DNA from: Dehalococcoidia bacterium
GTDB taxonomy: Bacteria > Chloroflexota > Dehalococcoidia > UBA2979
Direction: 5' to 3'
Length of the DNA: 64,000 nucleotides
Assembly: GCA_964291495.2 (NCBI GenBank)
Contig: OZ219871.1
Span: 416,001-480,000, forward strand
The translations under genes and the position numbers were made by a program. Shown here piece by piece: positions 26,146 to 36,431 of the stretch (positions within the stretch are counted from its first letter, which is position 1; each line of letters starts with the position of its first letter). The notes beneath the pieces were generated by a model that worked only from the letters and a program-made list of their open reading frames with translations, searched no databases and had not been told where the DNA came from.

Positions 26146-28497
26146 GTGACGACCGACCAGCAGGCACTCGGCCCGGAGGCGATGGAGGAGCTGCGGCTCC
26201 CGATCCGCGGGATGCACTGCGCCTCCTGTGTGCGGCGCGTCGAGAGCGCGCTCGCGGCCGTGCCCGGCGTCGCATCGGCGAGCGTGAACCTCGCGACGGA
26301 GTCGGCGACGGTCGCGGCCAGCGGCGCGCCGCTGGCCGCGCTGCGCGAGGCGGTCGACCGCGCGGGCTACGAAATGCGCCTGCCCGGCGACGGCGACGCC
26401 GGCGAGGAGCAAGGCGACCCCCTTGAGGCGGAGCGCCGGGCGGAGCAGGCGGCGCTGCGCAGGCGGGCACTGCTCGCCGGGGCGGTGGCGATCGTGCTCG
26501 TCGCCGCGATGGGCTGGACGCGGCTGCCCGGCCTCGAGGGCGTCGCCGACCGCGTCTGGCATCCGCTGTTCTTCGCCCTCGCGACGCCGGTGCAGCTCTG
26601 GGCGGCGTGGCGCATTCACGCCGCAGCCCTGCGCGCCGCCCGCCACGGCCTCGCGACGATGGACACGCTGATCTCGCTCGGCACCTCGGCGGCCTACGGC
26701 TACTCGCTGCTGGCGACCTTCGCGCCGGGGCTGTTCGAGGGCGCGCGCGGCCTGGAGCCGAACGTCTACTTCGACACGGCGGTGGCGATCGTCGCGCTCG
26801 TGCTCGTCGGGCGGCTGCTGGAGGCGCGCGCCAAGGCGAAGTCGGCGGAGGCGCTGCGTGCCTTGATCGAGCTGCGCCCCCGGCTCGCGCGCATCCTCGA
26901 GGGCGGCGAGGAGTACGAGATCCCGATCGCCGCCGTGCAGCCGGGTGACATCGTCATCGTCCGCCCCGGCGAGCAGCTGCCGGTTGACGGCGAGGTCGTC
27001 GCGGGCGCCTCGGCCGTCGACGAGTCGATGCTCACCGGCGAGTCGCTGCCGGTCGCGAAGCGCGAGGGCGACGCGGTCTACGGCGCGACGCAGAACACGA
27101 CGGGCGCGCTGCGCGTGCGCGCGACCGCCGTCGGCGCGGACTCGGCACTGGCGAGGATCATCGCGCTCGTCGAGCAGGCGCAGGGCTCCAAGGCGCCGAT
27201 CCAGGCGCTGGTCGATCGCGTCGCCGCCGTGTTCGTCCCGGTCGTGATCGCCGTCGCGCTGCTGACGCTCGGGCTGTGGTGGGCGTTCGGCCCGGCGCCC
27301 GCGCTGACCTTCGCGCTTATCAACGCGGTCACGGTCCTGATCGTGGCCTGCCCCTGCGCGCTCGGCCTCGCCACGCCGACGGCGATCATGGTCGGCATCG
27401 GGCGCGGCGCGCGCGCCGGCCTGCTCATCCGCGACGCCTCCGCCCTCGAACTGGCGCGGCGCGTCGACACGGTGCTGCTCGACAAGACGGGCACGCTGAC
27501 CGAGGGGCAGCCCGAGGTCGTCTCGGTCGCCCCGGCGTCCGGCATCGAGCAGGACGAACTGCTGCGCGTGCTGGCGACGGCGGAGCGCGGCTCGGAGCAC
27601 CCGTTGGCCGGCGCAGTCGAACGCGAGGCCGAGCGCCGCGGGCTCCCGCCCGGCCAGCCCGCCGCACTCGAGGCCGCACCGGGCCTCGGCATCCTCGCCA
27701 CCGTCGAGGGCCGCGAGGTCGTCGCGGGCGCGGTCGATCTGCTCACGGCGCACAGTGTGGACACTCGCGCCATCACGGGTGACTTCGAAGCCGCCGCGGC
27801 GCGCGGCGAGACGCCGATCGCCATCGCGATCGACGGTGAGGCGGCGGGCGTGCTCGGCGTCGCCGACCGGCTACGCGCCGACGCCGCCGAGGCGGTCGCG
27901 CGACTGCACGCGCTCGGCCTCGATGTCGCGCTGCTCACCGGCGACCGCATCGAGGCGGGCGAGGCGATCGCGGCGCAGGCGGGCATCGGGCGCGTCGTCG
28001 CGGGCGCGACGCCGGCGGACAAGGCGGAGGCGGTGCGGGCGCTGCAGGGCGAGGGCCGCACCGTGGCGATGGTCGGCGACGGCATCAACGACGCGCCCGC
28101 CCTGGCGCAGGCGGACGTCGGCATCGCGATCGGCGGCGGGGCGGACGCGGCGCTCGGCGCGGCGAGCGTCGCCCTGCTGCGCTCGGACCCGCGAGGCGTC
28201 GCCGACGCGATCGCGCTGAGCCGCTCGACGGTGCGGACGCTGCGCCAGAACCTCGTCTGGGCGTTCGCCTACAACGTGCTGCTGATCCCGGTCGCGGCGG
28301 GCCTCGGCTACCTGCTCTTCGAGAATGCCTCGGTCCCCGCGCTGCTGACGCCGGTGTTCGGCGAGCACGGCTTCCTCAACCCGATCGTCGCCGCCGCCGC
28401 GATGGCCTTCAGCTCGCTCTCAGTGATGGCCAACTCGTTGCTGCCGCGCGGGGCAGCGTGGGCAGGGGTCGCGGCTAGACTTCGCGCAACTCCTTGA
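26146..28497 (+). CDS. copA: Copper-translocating P1B-type ATPase
   Basis: [40 protein letters not shown] and MAFSS motifs. Confidence 0.93.
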   Translation: MTTDQQALGPEAMEELRLPIRGMHCASCVRRVESALAAVPGVASASVNLATESATVAASGAPLAALREAVDRAGYEMRLPGDGDAGEEQGDPLEAERRAEQAALRRRALLAGAVAIVLVAAMGWTRLPGLEGVADRVWHPLFFALATPVQLWAAWRIHAAALRAARHGLATMDTLISLGTSAAYGYSLLATFAPGLFEGARGLEPNVYFDTAVAIVALVLVGRLLEARAKAKSAEALRALIELRPRLARILEGGEEYEIPIAAVQPGDIVIVRPGEQLPVDGEVVAGASAVDESMLTGESLPVAKREGDAVYGATQNTTGALRVRATAVGADSALARIIALVEQAQGSKAPIQALVDRVAAVFVPVVIAVALLTLGLWWAFGPAPALTFALINAVTVLIVACPCALGLATPTAIMVGIGRGARAGLLIRDASALELARRVDTVLLDKTGTLTEGQPEVVSVAPASGIEQDELLRVLATAERGSEHPLAGAVEREAERRGLPPGQPAALEAAPGLGILATVEGREVVAGAVDLLTAHSVDTRAITGDFEAAAARGETPIAIAIDGEAAGVLGVADRLRADAAEAVARLHALGLDVALLTGDRIEAGEAIAAQAGIGRVVAGATPADKAEAVRALQGEGRTVAMVGDGINDAPALAQADVGIAIGGGADAALGAASVALLRSDPRGVADAIALSRSTVRTLRQNLVWAFAYNVLLIPVAAGLGYLLFENASVPALLTPVFGEHGFLNPIVAAAAMAFSSLSVMANSLLPRGAAWAGVAARLRATP

Positions 28498-29542
28498 CCA
28501 GCCACTCCAGCCGCTCCTCGCTGGGCTCGGGCGCCCTCGCGTCGCCGCTGGCGTCGCCGCCGTACACGCTCGCACGATCGCGCCGGCTCGGCATCGCGAT
28601 GTGGATGCGATCGGCGTAGTCGAAGTGCTCTCGCGCGTAGCGCGGGAGGTTGTCGTAGGTGCTGGCGTTCGCCATCTCGAGGGCGACCTCGAAGTTGACG
28701 GCCTCGTACATCTCGTCCCAGCGGCCCTTCAGCGAGAGCTCGTGGAGCTGCATACCGAGCGATTCGAGGCCGTGCGCGCGGAACACGCCGTGGTAGGAGC
28801 GGGTGGAGCCGTAGAAGGAGATCGGCCGGCGCAACGCCTCGATCGCTTGCTCGACCTCGGAGTCCGTCTCGCCGAAGGCGTTGAAGCCGCCGACGGAGAT
28901 GCTGATCTCCTCGGGAGAGCGGTCGGCGCGGTCGGCGCCCTTCTGCACGGCGGGGAGCACGGTCTCGCGCAGGTACTTCTCGGTCATGAAGCCGTGCGGG
29001 AGGAGGCCGTCGGCGCAGTAGCCGGCGGCTTCGGCCATCCTCGGTCCGACGCAGGCGAGGGAGATCTTCGGGTAGGGGTAGTCGATCGGTCCCGGGCTGA
29101 AGGCCGGGGGCAGGAGCGTGTAGTTGTAGTCGTCGCTGTGGAACCGGGGTCGCTCGCCCTCCTGCCAGGAGCGCCAGACGGCGCGCATCATCCCGATGTA
29201 GCCCTCCATGCGCCGGGCGGGCGGCGTCCAGTCGCCCGCGAAGCGGCGCACGTTGTGCCCCTTGACCTGGCTCCCGAGGCCGAGGTTGATGCGGCCCTTG
29301 CTGAACTCCTGGAGGTCCCAGGCGGTCTGCGCCATGACGTACGGGCTGCGCGGGAAGGCGATGGTGACGCTGGTCGCGAGCTCGATGCGCTCGCTGTACT
29401 CGGCGGCGAGCGTCAGCGCGAGGATCGAGTTGTGCTTCAGCTCGCCGGTGGAGATGCCGTCGAAGCCGGCTTCCTCGGCGCGCTGCACCTGCTCCCTGAC
29501 GTCGCCCAGCCAGACCTCGCCGTAGCCTGTGAACACCTTCAC
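28475..29542 (-). CDS. LLM-class, probably F420-dependent oxidoreductase
   Basis: [31 protein letters not shown] start after GGAG. Confidence 0.88.
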   Translation of the reverse strand: MKVFTGYGEVWLGDVREQVQRAEEAGFDGISTGELKHNSILALTLAAEYSERIELATSVTIAFPRSPYVMAQTAWDLQEFSKGRINLGLGSQVKGHNVRRFAGDWTPPARRMEGYIGMMRAVWRSWQEGERPRFHSDDYNYTLLPPAFSPGPIDYPYPKISLACVGPRMAEAAGYCADGLLPHGFMTEKYLRETVLPAVQKGADRADRSPEEISISVGGFNAFGETDSEVEQAIEALRRPISFYGSTRSYHGVFRAHGLESLGMQLHELSLKGRWDEMYEAVNFEVALEMANASTYDNLPRYAREHFDYADRIHIAMPSRRDRASVYGGDASGDARAPEPSEERLEWLVKELREV

Positions 29543-29665
29543 GTTGGACTCCTCTCGCTCGCGGCCATGCCCGGCCGCCGGTTTCTCCGCACACCTCGAT
29601 GTGGCCGCCGCATTGTCGCGCATGATCGCGACATCCGAGGCCGCTCGCAGCAAGGACGCTACTGC

Positions 29666-30052
29666 TTACCAGAGGCGGCGGACGCCGTACCTGTCGAAGA
29701 CCGAGTCGACGGACACGACCGTCAGGTTGCGGGAGAGTGCCTGCGCGATCAGCATCCGGTCGAAGGGGTCACTGTGGGGACCGGGCAGCGCGCCAGCGCG
29801 GGCCCCGTCGTCCACCGTGACCGGCAACTCCTCGAAGTCCTGGCTGTCGATCGTCCCGACGATGTCGAGCGCCAGCACCTCGGCACTCGGCAACTTGCCG
29901 ATCCGATGCTTGGTGGCGATCTCCCACGCTGACGCCGCGCTGATCAGCACGTCATTCGACTCATCCGCTATTGCACGATGCGCCGCCGCCGAAAGTCGCC
30001 GATTCCCCGCGAACCACCAGAGGAACGCGTGAGTGTCGAGTAGCAGTCGCAA
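29666..30052 (-). CDS. vapC: VapC-family PIN toxin
   Basis: LLLDTHAFLW, SAASAWEIATK, HSDPFDRMLIAQA. Confidence 0.93.
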   Translation of the reverse strand: MRLLLDTHAFLWWFAGNRRLSAAAHRAIADESNDVLISAASAWEIATKHRIGKLPSAEVLALDIVGTIDSQDFEELPVTVDDGARAGALPGPHSDPFDRMLIAQALSRNLTVVSVDSVFDRYGVRRLW

Positions 30053-30055
30053 CAG

Positions 30056-30313
30056 CTATGCCTCGCTCTCCGGCCCCTCGTAGGCTCCCTCCCACGCGGC
30101 CAACTCTTCCTCCGGAAGCGGGTCGAAGAAGCTGTCGTCGATCTCGATGAGGCCCTTCATGGCACCGAATCGCCGCCCTTTGCGTCGCTCGAGCCGGACG
30201 AGCCGGGCCACCGGAGTCCCGTTGCGGGCAATGACCACCTCCTCGCCGTCCTCGACCTGGGCGAGGAGCCGCGAGAGGTGAGTCTTCGCTTCGTGGACGT
30301 TGACCGTTACCAT
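30056..30313 (-). CDS. Phd/YefM-family antitoxin
   Basis: VNVHEAKTHLSRLL..GEEVVIARNGTPVARL. Confidence 0.92.
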   Translation of the reverse strand: MVTVNVHEAKTHLSRLLAQVEDGEEVVIARNGTPVARLVRLERRKGRRFGAMKGLIEIDDSFFDPLPEEELAAWEGAYEGPESEA

Positions 30314-30337
30314 CGTTGAATCCCTGCATGCCAGACG

Positions 30338-30374
30338 CTTGGCTAAGCGTATGACTAACCACACGCCTCGTCAA
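30338..30374 (-). promoter_or_regulatory. Sigma70 promoter of the TA operon with repeated operator half-sites
   Basis: Minus strand TTGACG (30374-30369)-17 nt-TACGCT (30351-30346), with TTAGTCA and TTAGCCA flanking the -10. Confidence 0.65.
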
Positions 30375-30409
30375 GCGAACGGACCGTCGCAGCGAACCGG
30401 GAGGCGACA

Positions 30410-31594
30410 GTGCTGATCCGCAACCTGCGCCTGCTCGACGGGACGGGCGCGCTCCTCGAGGGCGTCGACGTGCGCGTGCACGACGGGCGCTTCGCCGAGA
30501 TCGGCGTCGCCCTCGAGGGCGACGAGCCGGAGCTCGACGCGGGCGGCGGGACGGCGATCCCCGGTCTGATCGACGCGCACACGCACCTCAGCCTCGACGC
30601 CACGCCGCAAGCGCTCGAGCACGGCGCGGAGCGGCCGCACAGCTACCAGGCGATCGACTCGGCGCGGCGCGCCGGGCAGCTGCTCGCCGCCGGCGTCACG
30701 ACGGCGCGCGACGTCGGCGGCGTGGCCCCGGTGATCCTCGGGCTGCGCGACGCGATCGCGGACGGGCTCACGCCCGGGCCGCGCGTCTTCTCGGCGGGCG
30801 CCTGGCTGACCGCGCCCGAGGGCCACGGCTGGCACGTCGGCGCGCTCGCCGAGGGCGAGGACGGGGTCCGGCAGGCCGCCCGCGCGCAGCTCGACGCCGG
30901 GGCGGACCTGCTCAAGCTGATGGTCTCCGGCGGCGTGATCGGCACCGGCCACGGCCCCAACACCGAGCAGTTCAACGAGCGCGAGGTGCGCATCGTCACG
31001 CTGATGGCCCACGCCGAGGGCAAGACCGTCGCCGCCCACGCCCACGGCGCGCCCAGCATCCGCAACGCCGTCGTCGGTGGGGTCGACACGGTCGAGCACG
31101 CCTCGTTCCTCACGGAGGAGCTGATCGAGGAGCTGCTGGAGCGCGGCACGTTCATCGTGCCGACGCTCGCGGTGATCAAGATCGTGATCGAGGCGGCAGG
31201 CGACGCGCTCGGCGCGGAGACGGTCGAGCGCGCGCACGAGGTGGCCGCGGCGCATCGCGAGAACATCAGCGCCGCCTGGCGAGCGGGCGTGCCGCTCGCT
31301 GCGGGCACGGACATGGGCAGCCCCTTTACCGGCCCCGACGCGCTGCACGACGAGATCGCGCAGCTCGCGGACCTCGGCATGACGGCGCACGAGGCGATCC
31401 AGGCCGCCACGCTGCAGGGCGCGCGCGTGCTCGGCCTCGAGGACGACCTCGGCACGGTGCGGCCCGGCCGCCGCGCCGACCTGCTGGTGCTCGACGGCGA
31501 CCCGCTCGCCGACCTCGGCGCGACGCGCCGCATCCGCCACCTGCTGCAGGACGGCGAGCTGCGCATCCGCGACGGCGCGCCGGTCGTGGCGTAG
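30410..31594 (+). CDS. Amidohydrolase family (Xaa-Pro dipeptidase-like)
   Basis: PGLIDAHTH, GVTTARD, AAHAHG, VEH, AGTD, ADLLVLDGDP. Confidence 0.9.
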   Translation: MLIRNLRLLDGTGALLEGVDVRVHDGRFAEIGVALEGDEPELDAGGGTAIPGLIDAHTHLSLDATPQALEHGAERPHSYQAIDSARRAGQLLAAGVTTARDVGGVAPVILGLRDAIADGLTPGPRVFSAGAWLTAPEGHGWHVGALAEGEDGVRQAARAQLDAGADLLKLMVSGGVIGTGHGPNTEQFNEREVRIVTLMAHAEGKTVAAHAHGAPSIRNAVVGGVDTVEHASFLTEELIEELLERGTFIVPTLAVIKIVIEAAGDALGAETVERAHEVAAAHRENISAAWRAGVPLAAGTDMGSPFTGPDALHDEIAQLADLGMTAHEAIQAATLQGARVLGLEDDLGTVRPGRRADLLVLDGDPLADLGATRRIRHLLQDGELRIRDGAPVVA

Positions 31595-31607
31595 AGCGGC
31601 GGCCTCG

Positions 31608-32498
31608 ATGGCTACCGAGGGGCGACCCGCCTGGCTCTCGGACGCGCTGTACCCGTTCGAAAGCCGCTACTTCCAGACGCCGGACGGGCAGCGGCTGCAC
31701 TACGTCGACGAGGGTGCGGGCGCGCCGATCGTCTTCGTGCACGGCAACCCCTCGTGGTCGTTCGAGTTCCGCCAGCTCATCGAGGGCCGGCGCGGCGACT
31801 TCCGCTGCATCGCGCCGGACCACGTCGGCTTCGGCCTCTCGTCGCGCAGCGACCGCCGCGAGGACCATCACCCGGCCGCGCACGCGGAGCGCTTCGCCGC
31901 GCTGCTCGACCACCTCGAGGTGCGGGACGCGACGCTGTTCATGGGGGACTGGGGCGGGCCGATCGGTCTCGAGTTCGCGCGGCGGCATCCGGAGCGGGTC
32001 GCGCGCCTCGTGATCGCGAACAGCTGGTGCTGGCCGGTCTCCGACGACCGGCACTTCCGGATGTTCAGCTTCATGATGCGCAGCCCGCTGGGGCAGTTCC
32101 TCATCAAGCGCTTCAACTTCTTCGTCAACCAGGTAGTCCCGAGGGCCGTCGGCGACAAATCGATCCTCACGCCCGAAGTGATGGCCCACTACCGCAGCGC
32201 CCAGCCGCCGGGGGCGCGCGCGGCGATGGCCGCGCTACCGGGCTACATCATCCGCGCGAGCGACTGGCTGGACTCGATCTGGAGCGAGCGAGCGAAGTTC
32301 GCCGACAAGCCCGCACTGATCCTCTGGGGCCTCAAGGACATCGCGTTCCGCGAGCAGGAGCTCGAGCGCTGGCAGGCGGAGCTGTCCGGCGCGCGGGTGC
32401 TGACCTTCGAGGACTGCGGCCACTTTCTCGCCGAGGAGGCGCCGGAACGGCTCCTGCCGGCGCTTCGCGAGTTCTTGGGAACGCCTCGGCCGAGTTGA
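31608..32498 (+). CDS. Haloalkane dehalogenase-like alpha/beta hydrolase
   Basis: HGNPSW, DWGGPIG (Asp nucleophile followed by Trp), WGLKD, GHFLAEE. Confidence 0.8.
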   Translation: MATEGRPAWLSDALYPFESRYFQTPDGQRLHYVDEGAGAPIVFVHGNPSWSFEFRQLIEGRRGDFRCIAPDHVGFGLSSRSDRREDHHPAAHAERFAALLDHLEVRDATLFMGDWGGPIGLEFARRHPERVARLVIANSWCWPVSDDRHFRMFSFMMRSPLGQFLIKRFNFFVNQVVPRAVGDKSILTPEVMAHYRSAQPPGARAAMAALPGYIIRASDWLDSIWSERAKFADKPALILWGLKDIAFREQELERWQAELSGARVLTFEDCGHFLAEEAPERLLPALREFLGTPRPS

Positions 32499-32527
32499 GA
32501 CAAACTCCCAATAATCCTCGGTGTTCA

Positions 32528-32555
32528 TTGACAAAAGTGCCTCTGCGCCTATCGT
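32528..32555 (+). promoter_or_regulatory. Sigma70-like promoter
   Basis: TTGACA-16 nt-TATCGT upstream of 32589. Confidence 0.5.
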
Positions 32556-32588
32556 GACGGCAAGGCGCTTCCCGGGGATCGGAGGAGA

Positions 32589-33305
32589 GTGATGAGCGAG
32601 TGGTCGGTGAGCAAGATCGCCGGATGGTCGATGATCGTGGCCGCCGTGCTCGTGGTCGTGGCGGCCGCTATCACGCCCGGCTACACCACGGACAGCTTCG
32701 AGGGCCTGAACATGGTCCAGACGCTCGAGGATCGGTCCTCGGACGCCGGCCTGCACAACCTCGCGTCACTGATGAACATGGCTGCGGGGCTCCTCCTCCT
32801 GTTCGGGCTGCTCGCCATCAGCCGGACGGCCAGGGGCGAGAGCGCGAGCGACGCGATGGTGCGGTACGGCGTGGTCGCCCTCACGATCACGATCGCTCTC
32901 CTGCTTGCCGCCGTCGGCGTGAACAAGATGATCGTCCACGTGCTGCAGCACGGAGGCCTCGAGGGGATCGACGCCGAGCGGGCGGACGCGCTCTCGTGGA
33001 GCCTGCAGTCCGTCCGCTACGGAATCACCATCGGCGTCTGGGCGGCCGGCGCGGTCGGCACGCTGCTGCTTGGGCTCGGTCTCTACGACCGGTTCGCGGG
33101 CGGCTACCAGCGGTGGTTCGCGTTGCTCGTGGTCGTGGCCTCGGTCGCCGGGTTGGTGGCTACCGCGATCGCGGAGTTCGCGCACGACATCGCCCAGGAG
33201 CTGGTGCTCATCTACGGGCTGTACCTGCTGATCGTGACGATCTGGTACCTGCTCCTGGGCATCGGCCTCGTTAACGAGGACCCCGATCTGACGGCTTCCG
33301 GCTAG
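32589..33305 (+). CDS. Multi-pass membrane protein of unknown function (DUF4386-like)
   Basis: About six hydrophobic segments. SD GGAGGAG. Confidence 0.7.
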   Translation: MMSEWSVSKIAGWSMIVAAVLVVVAAAITPGYTTDSFEGLNMVQTLEDRSSDAGLHNLASLMNMAAGLLLLFGLLAISRTARGESASDAMVRYGVVALTITIALLLAAVGVNKMIVHVLQHGGLEGIDAERADALSWSLQSVRYGITIGVWAAGAVGTLLLGLGLYDRFAGGYQRWFALLVVVASVAGLVATAIAEFAHDIAQELVLIYGLYLLIVTIWYLLLGIGLVNEDPDLTASG

Positions 33306-33312
33306 CCGCCTG

Positions 33313-33344
33313 AGCGCCGGGCGCCCGACGGGGCGCCCGGCGCT
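33313..33344 (+). terminator. Hairpin, probable terminator
   Basis: AGCGCCGGGCGCCC-GACG-GGGCGCCCGGCGCT. Confidence 0.55.
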
Positions 33345-33438
33345 GCTCGCCACTGCGGATCCTGCTACCCTCGCGCGCGCTCCGGGCGGGTGACATCACG
33401 TCCCGGACGAACGTCGCGAACGATGGGATCGAGGGTGC

Positions 33439-34251
33439 GTGATGGCAGAGGACGGCAAGCCGCTGGCGGGCAAGGTCGCGATCGTCGCCGGGGCGACGCG
33501 CGGCATCGGCCACGACATCGCCCTCTACCTCGCTCGCGCCGGCGCCAGCACAGTCATCGCCGCGCGCAGCAGCGAAGTCACCGACCCGCGCTGGCCCGTC
33601 ACGATCCACGACGTCGTCAGGGAGATCGAGGACGAGGGCGGCACGGGGCTCGCGCTCCGCCTCGACATGCGCGACCGGGAGAGCTGCCAGGCCTGCGTCG
33701 AGGACACGGTTGCGCACTTCGGCCGGCTCGACATCCTCGTCAACAACGCCGCCGTGCAGGCGCGCGGCATGATCGAGACGATGGCGGAGCGGCACATCGA
33801 CCTCATGCTCGAGGTCAACGTGCGCGGGCCGATCCTGCTGATCCGCCACGCGATCCCGCACATGCGGGCGGTTGGCGGCGGACACGTGATCAACATCTCC
33901 TCGCGCGGCGCCGTCAACTTCCCGCCCGGCCCCTATCCGGTCGAGGATCGCCGCCCCACCTCGTACCTCTACGGCCCCACCAAGGCGGCGCTCGACCGGC
34001 TCAACCAGCAGCTCGCGCTGGAGCACCAGAAGGACAACATCTCCTTCAACTGCCTCTCGCCGGACCACCAGGTCACGACGCCCGGCGTCGCGCTGCTGCG
34101 CAACATCGACGACCCTGACGCGCCGCTGCTCGACGTCGAGGTCGCCCATGACCTCGGCAAGTCGGCCGTCTGGATCTGCTCGCAGCCGCCCGGCTCGTAC
34201 ACCGGCAACATCCTCTACGACACCGAGGTCGTCGCGGAGCAGGGGCTGTAG
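33439..34251 (+). CDS. SDR family oxidoreductase
   Basis: AGATRGIG, LVNNA, NISS, YGPTK. Confidence 0.92.
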   Translation: MMAEDGKPLAGKVAIVAGATRGIGHDIALYLARAGASTVIAARSSEVTDPRWPVTIHDVVREIEDEGGTGLALRLDMRDRESCQACVEDTVAHFGRLDILVNNAAVQARGMIETMAERHIDLMLEVNVRGPILLIRHAIPHMRAVGGGHVINISSRGAVNFPPGPYPVEDRRPTSYLYGPTKAALDRLNQQLALEHQKDNISFNCLSPDHQVTTPGVALLRNIDDPDAPLLDVEVAHDLGKSAVWICSQPPGSYTGNILYDTEVVAEQGL

Positions 34252-34260
34252 GGGCGGGAG

Positions 34261-35004
34261 CTACGCCCGCTCGTAGATCGAGACGTGGGAGCGGCTCGCG
34301 GCGTCGAATGGCCCGCCCTGCCAGTCGCTCCAGCGCTCGCGCAGGCGCAGCCCTGCGAGGCGCGCCATCAGGTCCAGCTCCGAGGGCCAGACATAGCGGA
34401 TCTCGATCGGGTACTGCGTGACGGCCTCGCCGTCGATCGAGACGAGGCGAGTCGTAATCCGCTGCTGCGCACGGTCCAGCGTCGACGCATCGAACATCAC
34501 TCGCTCGCCCTCGACGCGGTGCATGCGGAGCGCGTGCCCGGTGTGGTCGTAGCGGCACATGTCCGGCACGAACGCCTCGACGACGAACACGCCGCCGGGG
34601 CTCAGGTGCGCCGCGACGTTGCGCACGCAGCGCAGCTGCGTCTCCTGCGTGAGCAGCGCGAAGAAGGTGTTGAAGACCACGAAGATCAGGTCGAACTCGC
34701 CCTCGACGCCGACATCCGCGAAGTCGCCGATCGTGACAGGGATCGCCTCTCCACCGGGCTTCGCCCGCAGCTCCGCGACCATCGCCTCGGAGGCGTCGAC
34801 GCCGTGCACCTCGACCCCGCGCGCCGCGAGGGGCAGCGCGATCCGTCCGGTGCCAATACCCAGCTCCAACACGCGTCCGCCGCCCGCCAGCCGGGCGAGC
34901 GCCTCGACGGCGTCGGTCGGGTCCATGTGGGTGTGCAGGTCGTCGTAGTCCGCGGCGATGCGCTCGCCGTAGGCGCCGGGAGCGTAGTCGGGATCGCCGG
35001 CCAT
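34261..35004 (-). CDS. Class I SAM-dependent methyltransferase
   Basis: VLELGIGTGR, GVDAS, FNTFF, RYVWPSELDLMA. Confidence 0.9.
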   Translation of the reverse strand: MAGDPDYAPGAYGERIAADYDDLHTHMDPTDAVEALARLAGGGRVLELGIGTGRIALPLAARGVEVHGVDASEAMVAELRAKPGGEAIPVTIGDFADVGVEGEFDLIFVVFNTFFALLTQETQLRCVRNVAAHLSPGGVFVVEAFVPDMCRYDHTGHALRMHRVEGERVMFDASTLDRAQQRITTRLVSIDGEAVTQYPIEIRYVWPSELDLMARLAGLRLRERWSDWQGGPFDAASRSHVSIYERA

Positions 35005-35162
35005 CGATCTACCGTACGGCGCGACTCTTGAAGGGGCGAGGGCGTCCGCCGCTCGGGCCTCGGCGCACGCGGGTCTTGCCCTGAACGGCGCGGTGCGCCA
35101 GCATCGTGGCCGTCGCCGAGTGGATTCGGGCAGGGACCACTCCCCCGGCAGCGGAGGAATGC

Positions 35163-36431
35163 ATGACCTCGAGGCGTGAAGTCTCCGCGCCCAACCCCGC
35201 TGCGGCGGGGGGGCGCGACGAGGCGATGGCCGAGGAGCTCTGGCGGCGCGCTCGTACGTCCGGCATGACTCGCCGCCGCTTCCTGGAACTGATGGCGGCC
35301 GGCGGCGCCGCCGCGGTGCTGGTGGCCTGCATCGACCTCGAAGGCGGCATGGACGAGGAGCCCGACGAGCCCGCGCACTGGTTCAAGGACACCGAGCCGT
35401 TCATCGAGCACGCCGACACGAGCCTCGAGGCGCGCCTTGAACTGATGGACGAGGTGATCACCCCGGCCCGGCTGTTCTTCGTGCGGAACAACTCATCGTC
35501 GAGCCTCGATGTGGACGCAGGGGACTGGCGGCTGTCGATCGAGGGCGACGCCATCGACAGCCCGATCGAGCTGAGCTACGAGGAGATCCGCCGCCTTCCC
35601 TCGCGCACGTTCGTCTCCTACCTCGAGTGCGCGGGCAACCAGCGCGCGATGTTCGAGCGGCTGGAGGGCTGGCTGACGACTGGCTCCCAGTGGACCACCG
35701 GGGGCGTCTCCAACGGCGAGTGGACCGGGGTGTCCCTGCGCGATGTCCTGACGCTGGCGGGGATCCGCGACGATGCCGTCTGCGTGATGCTGGTCGGCCT
35801 CGATAGCGAGGCTCCGGAGGGCGGCTTCCGGCGCGTGATGCCGGTCGAGAAGGCGCTGCACCCGGACACGATCCTCGCCTACGAGCTGAACGGCGAGGCG
35901 CTCCCGAAGGACCACGGCTTCCCGCTGCGCGCCATCGCGCCGGGCTGGGTCGGCGCAACCAACATCAAGTGGCTCGGCCGCATCGTCGTCTCGCGCGAGC
36001 AGCTCTGGACGCGCAACAACACCACCCACTACGTGCTGATCGGCACCCGCTACGAGCCCGAGGGCGAGGCGCGGGGTGAGATCGCCGAGGAGCAGAACAT
36101 CAAGAGCGCCCTCGCGCTGCCCTGGCCCGCCGAGCTGTCGGCCGGCGTCCAGCGCCTGCACGGCTACGCCCACTCGCCCGGCGGCCCGATCGAGCGCGTC
36201 GAGTGGAGCACGGACGGCGGCGCGAACTGGAGCGAGGCGGACGTGCTGGGGCCGCAGGTCGACTACTCGTGGGCGATGTTCGAGTTCGAGTGGGACGCCG
36301 AGCCGGGTGAGCACACGATCATGACCCGCGCGACGGACGCCTCGGGCGAGACGCAGCCCGAGGAAGTGCCGTTCAACGACAAGGGCTACCTCTTCAACCA
36401 GCCCCTCCCGCACCCGATCACGGTGACGTAG
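35163..36431 (+). CDS. Sulfite oxidase-family molybdoenzyme, Tat (lipo)protein
   Basis: TRRRFLE..LVAC, FFVRN, LECAGN, HGFPLR, IKWL, Ig-like C-terminal domain. Confidence 0.9.
   Translation: MTSRREVSAPNPAAAGGRDEAMAEELWRRARTSGMTRRRFLELMAAGGAAAVLVACIDLEGGMDEEPDEPAHWFKDTEPFIEHADTSLEARLELMDEVITPARLFFVRNNSSSSLDVDAGDWRLSIEGDAIDSPIELSYEEIRRLPSRTFVSYLECAGNQRAMFERLEGWLTTGSQWTTGGVSNGEWTGVSLRDVLTLAGIRDDAVCVMLVGLDSEAPEGGFRRVMPVEKALHPDTILAYELNGEALPKDHGFPLRAIAPGWVGATNIKWLGRIVVSREQLWTRNNTTHYVLIGTRYEPEGEARGEIAEEQNIKSALALPWPAELSAGVQRLHGYAHSPGGPIERVEWSTDGGANWSEADVLGPQVDYSWAMFEFEWDAEPGEHTIMTRATDASGETQPEEVPFNDKGYLFNQPLPHPITVT

Noticed and set aside
28430-28497. Atypical CopA C-terminus overlapping the convergent LLM gene, as a possible truncation
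   Set aside because: All transmembrane and catalytic motifs through MAFSS are present, and short convergent overlaps are common.
31608-32498. Functional link between the dehalogenase-like gene and the halogenase
   Set aside because: They are 16 kb apart in unrelated transcription units, and this hydrolase family includes non-dehalogenases.
32495-32520. AAACTCCCAATAATCC, resembling the reverse complement of the MITE right end
   Set aside because: The match is too short and degenerate to call without a genome-wide consensus.
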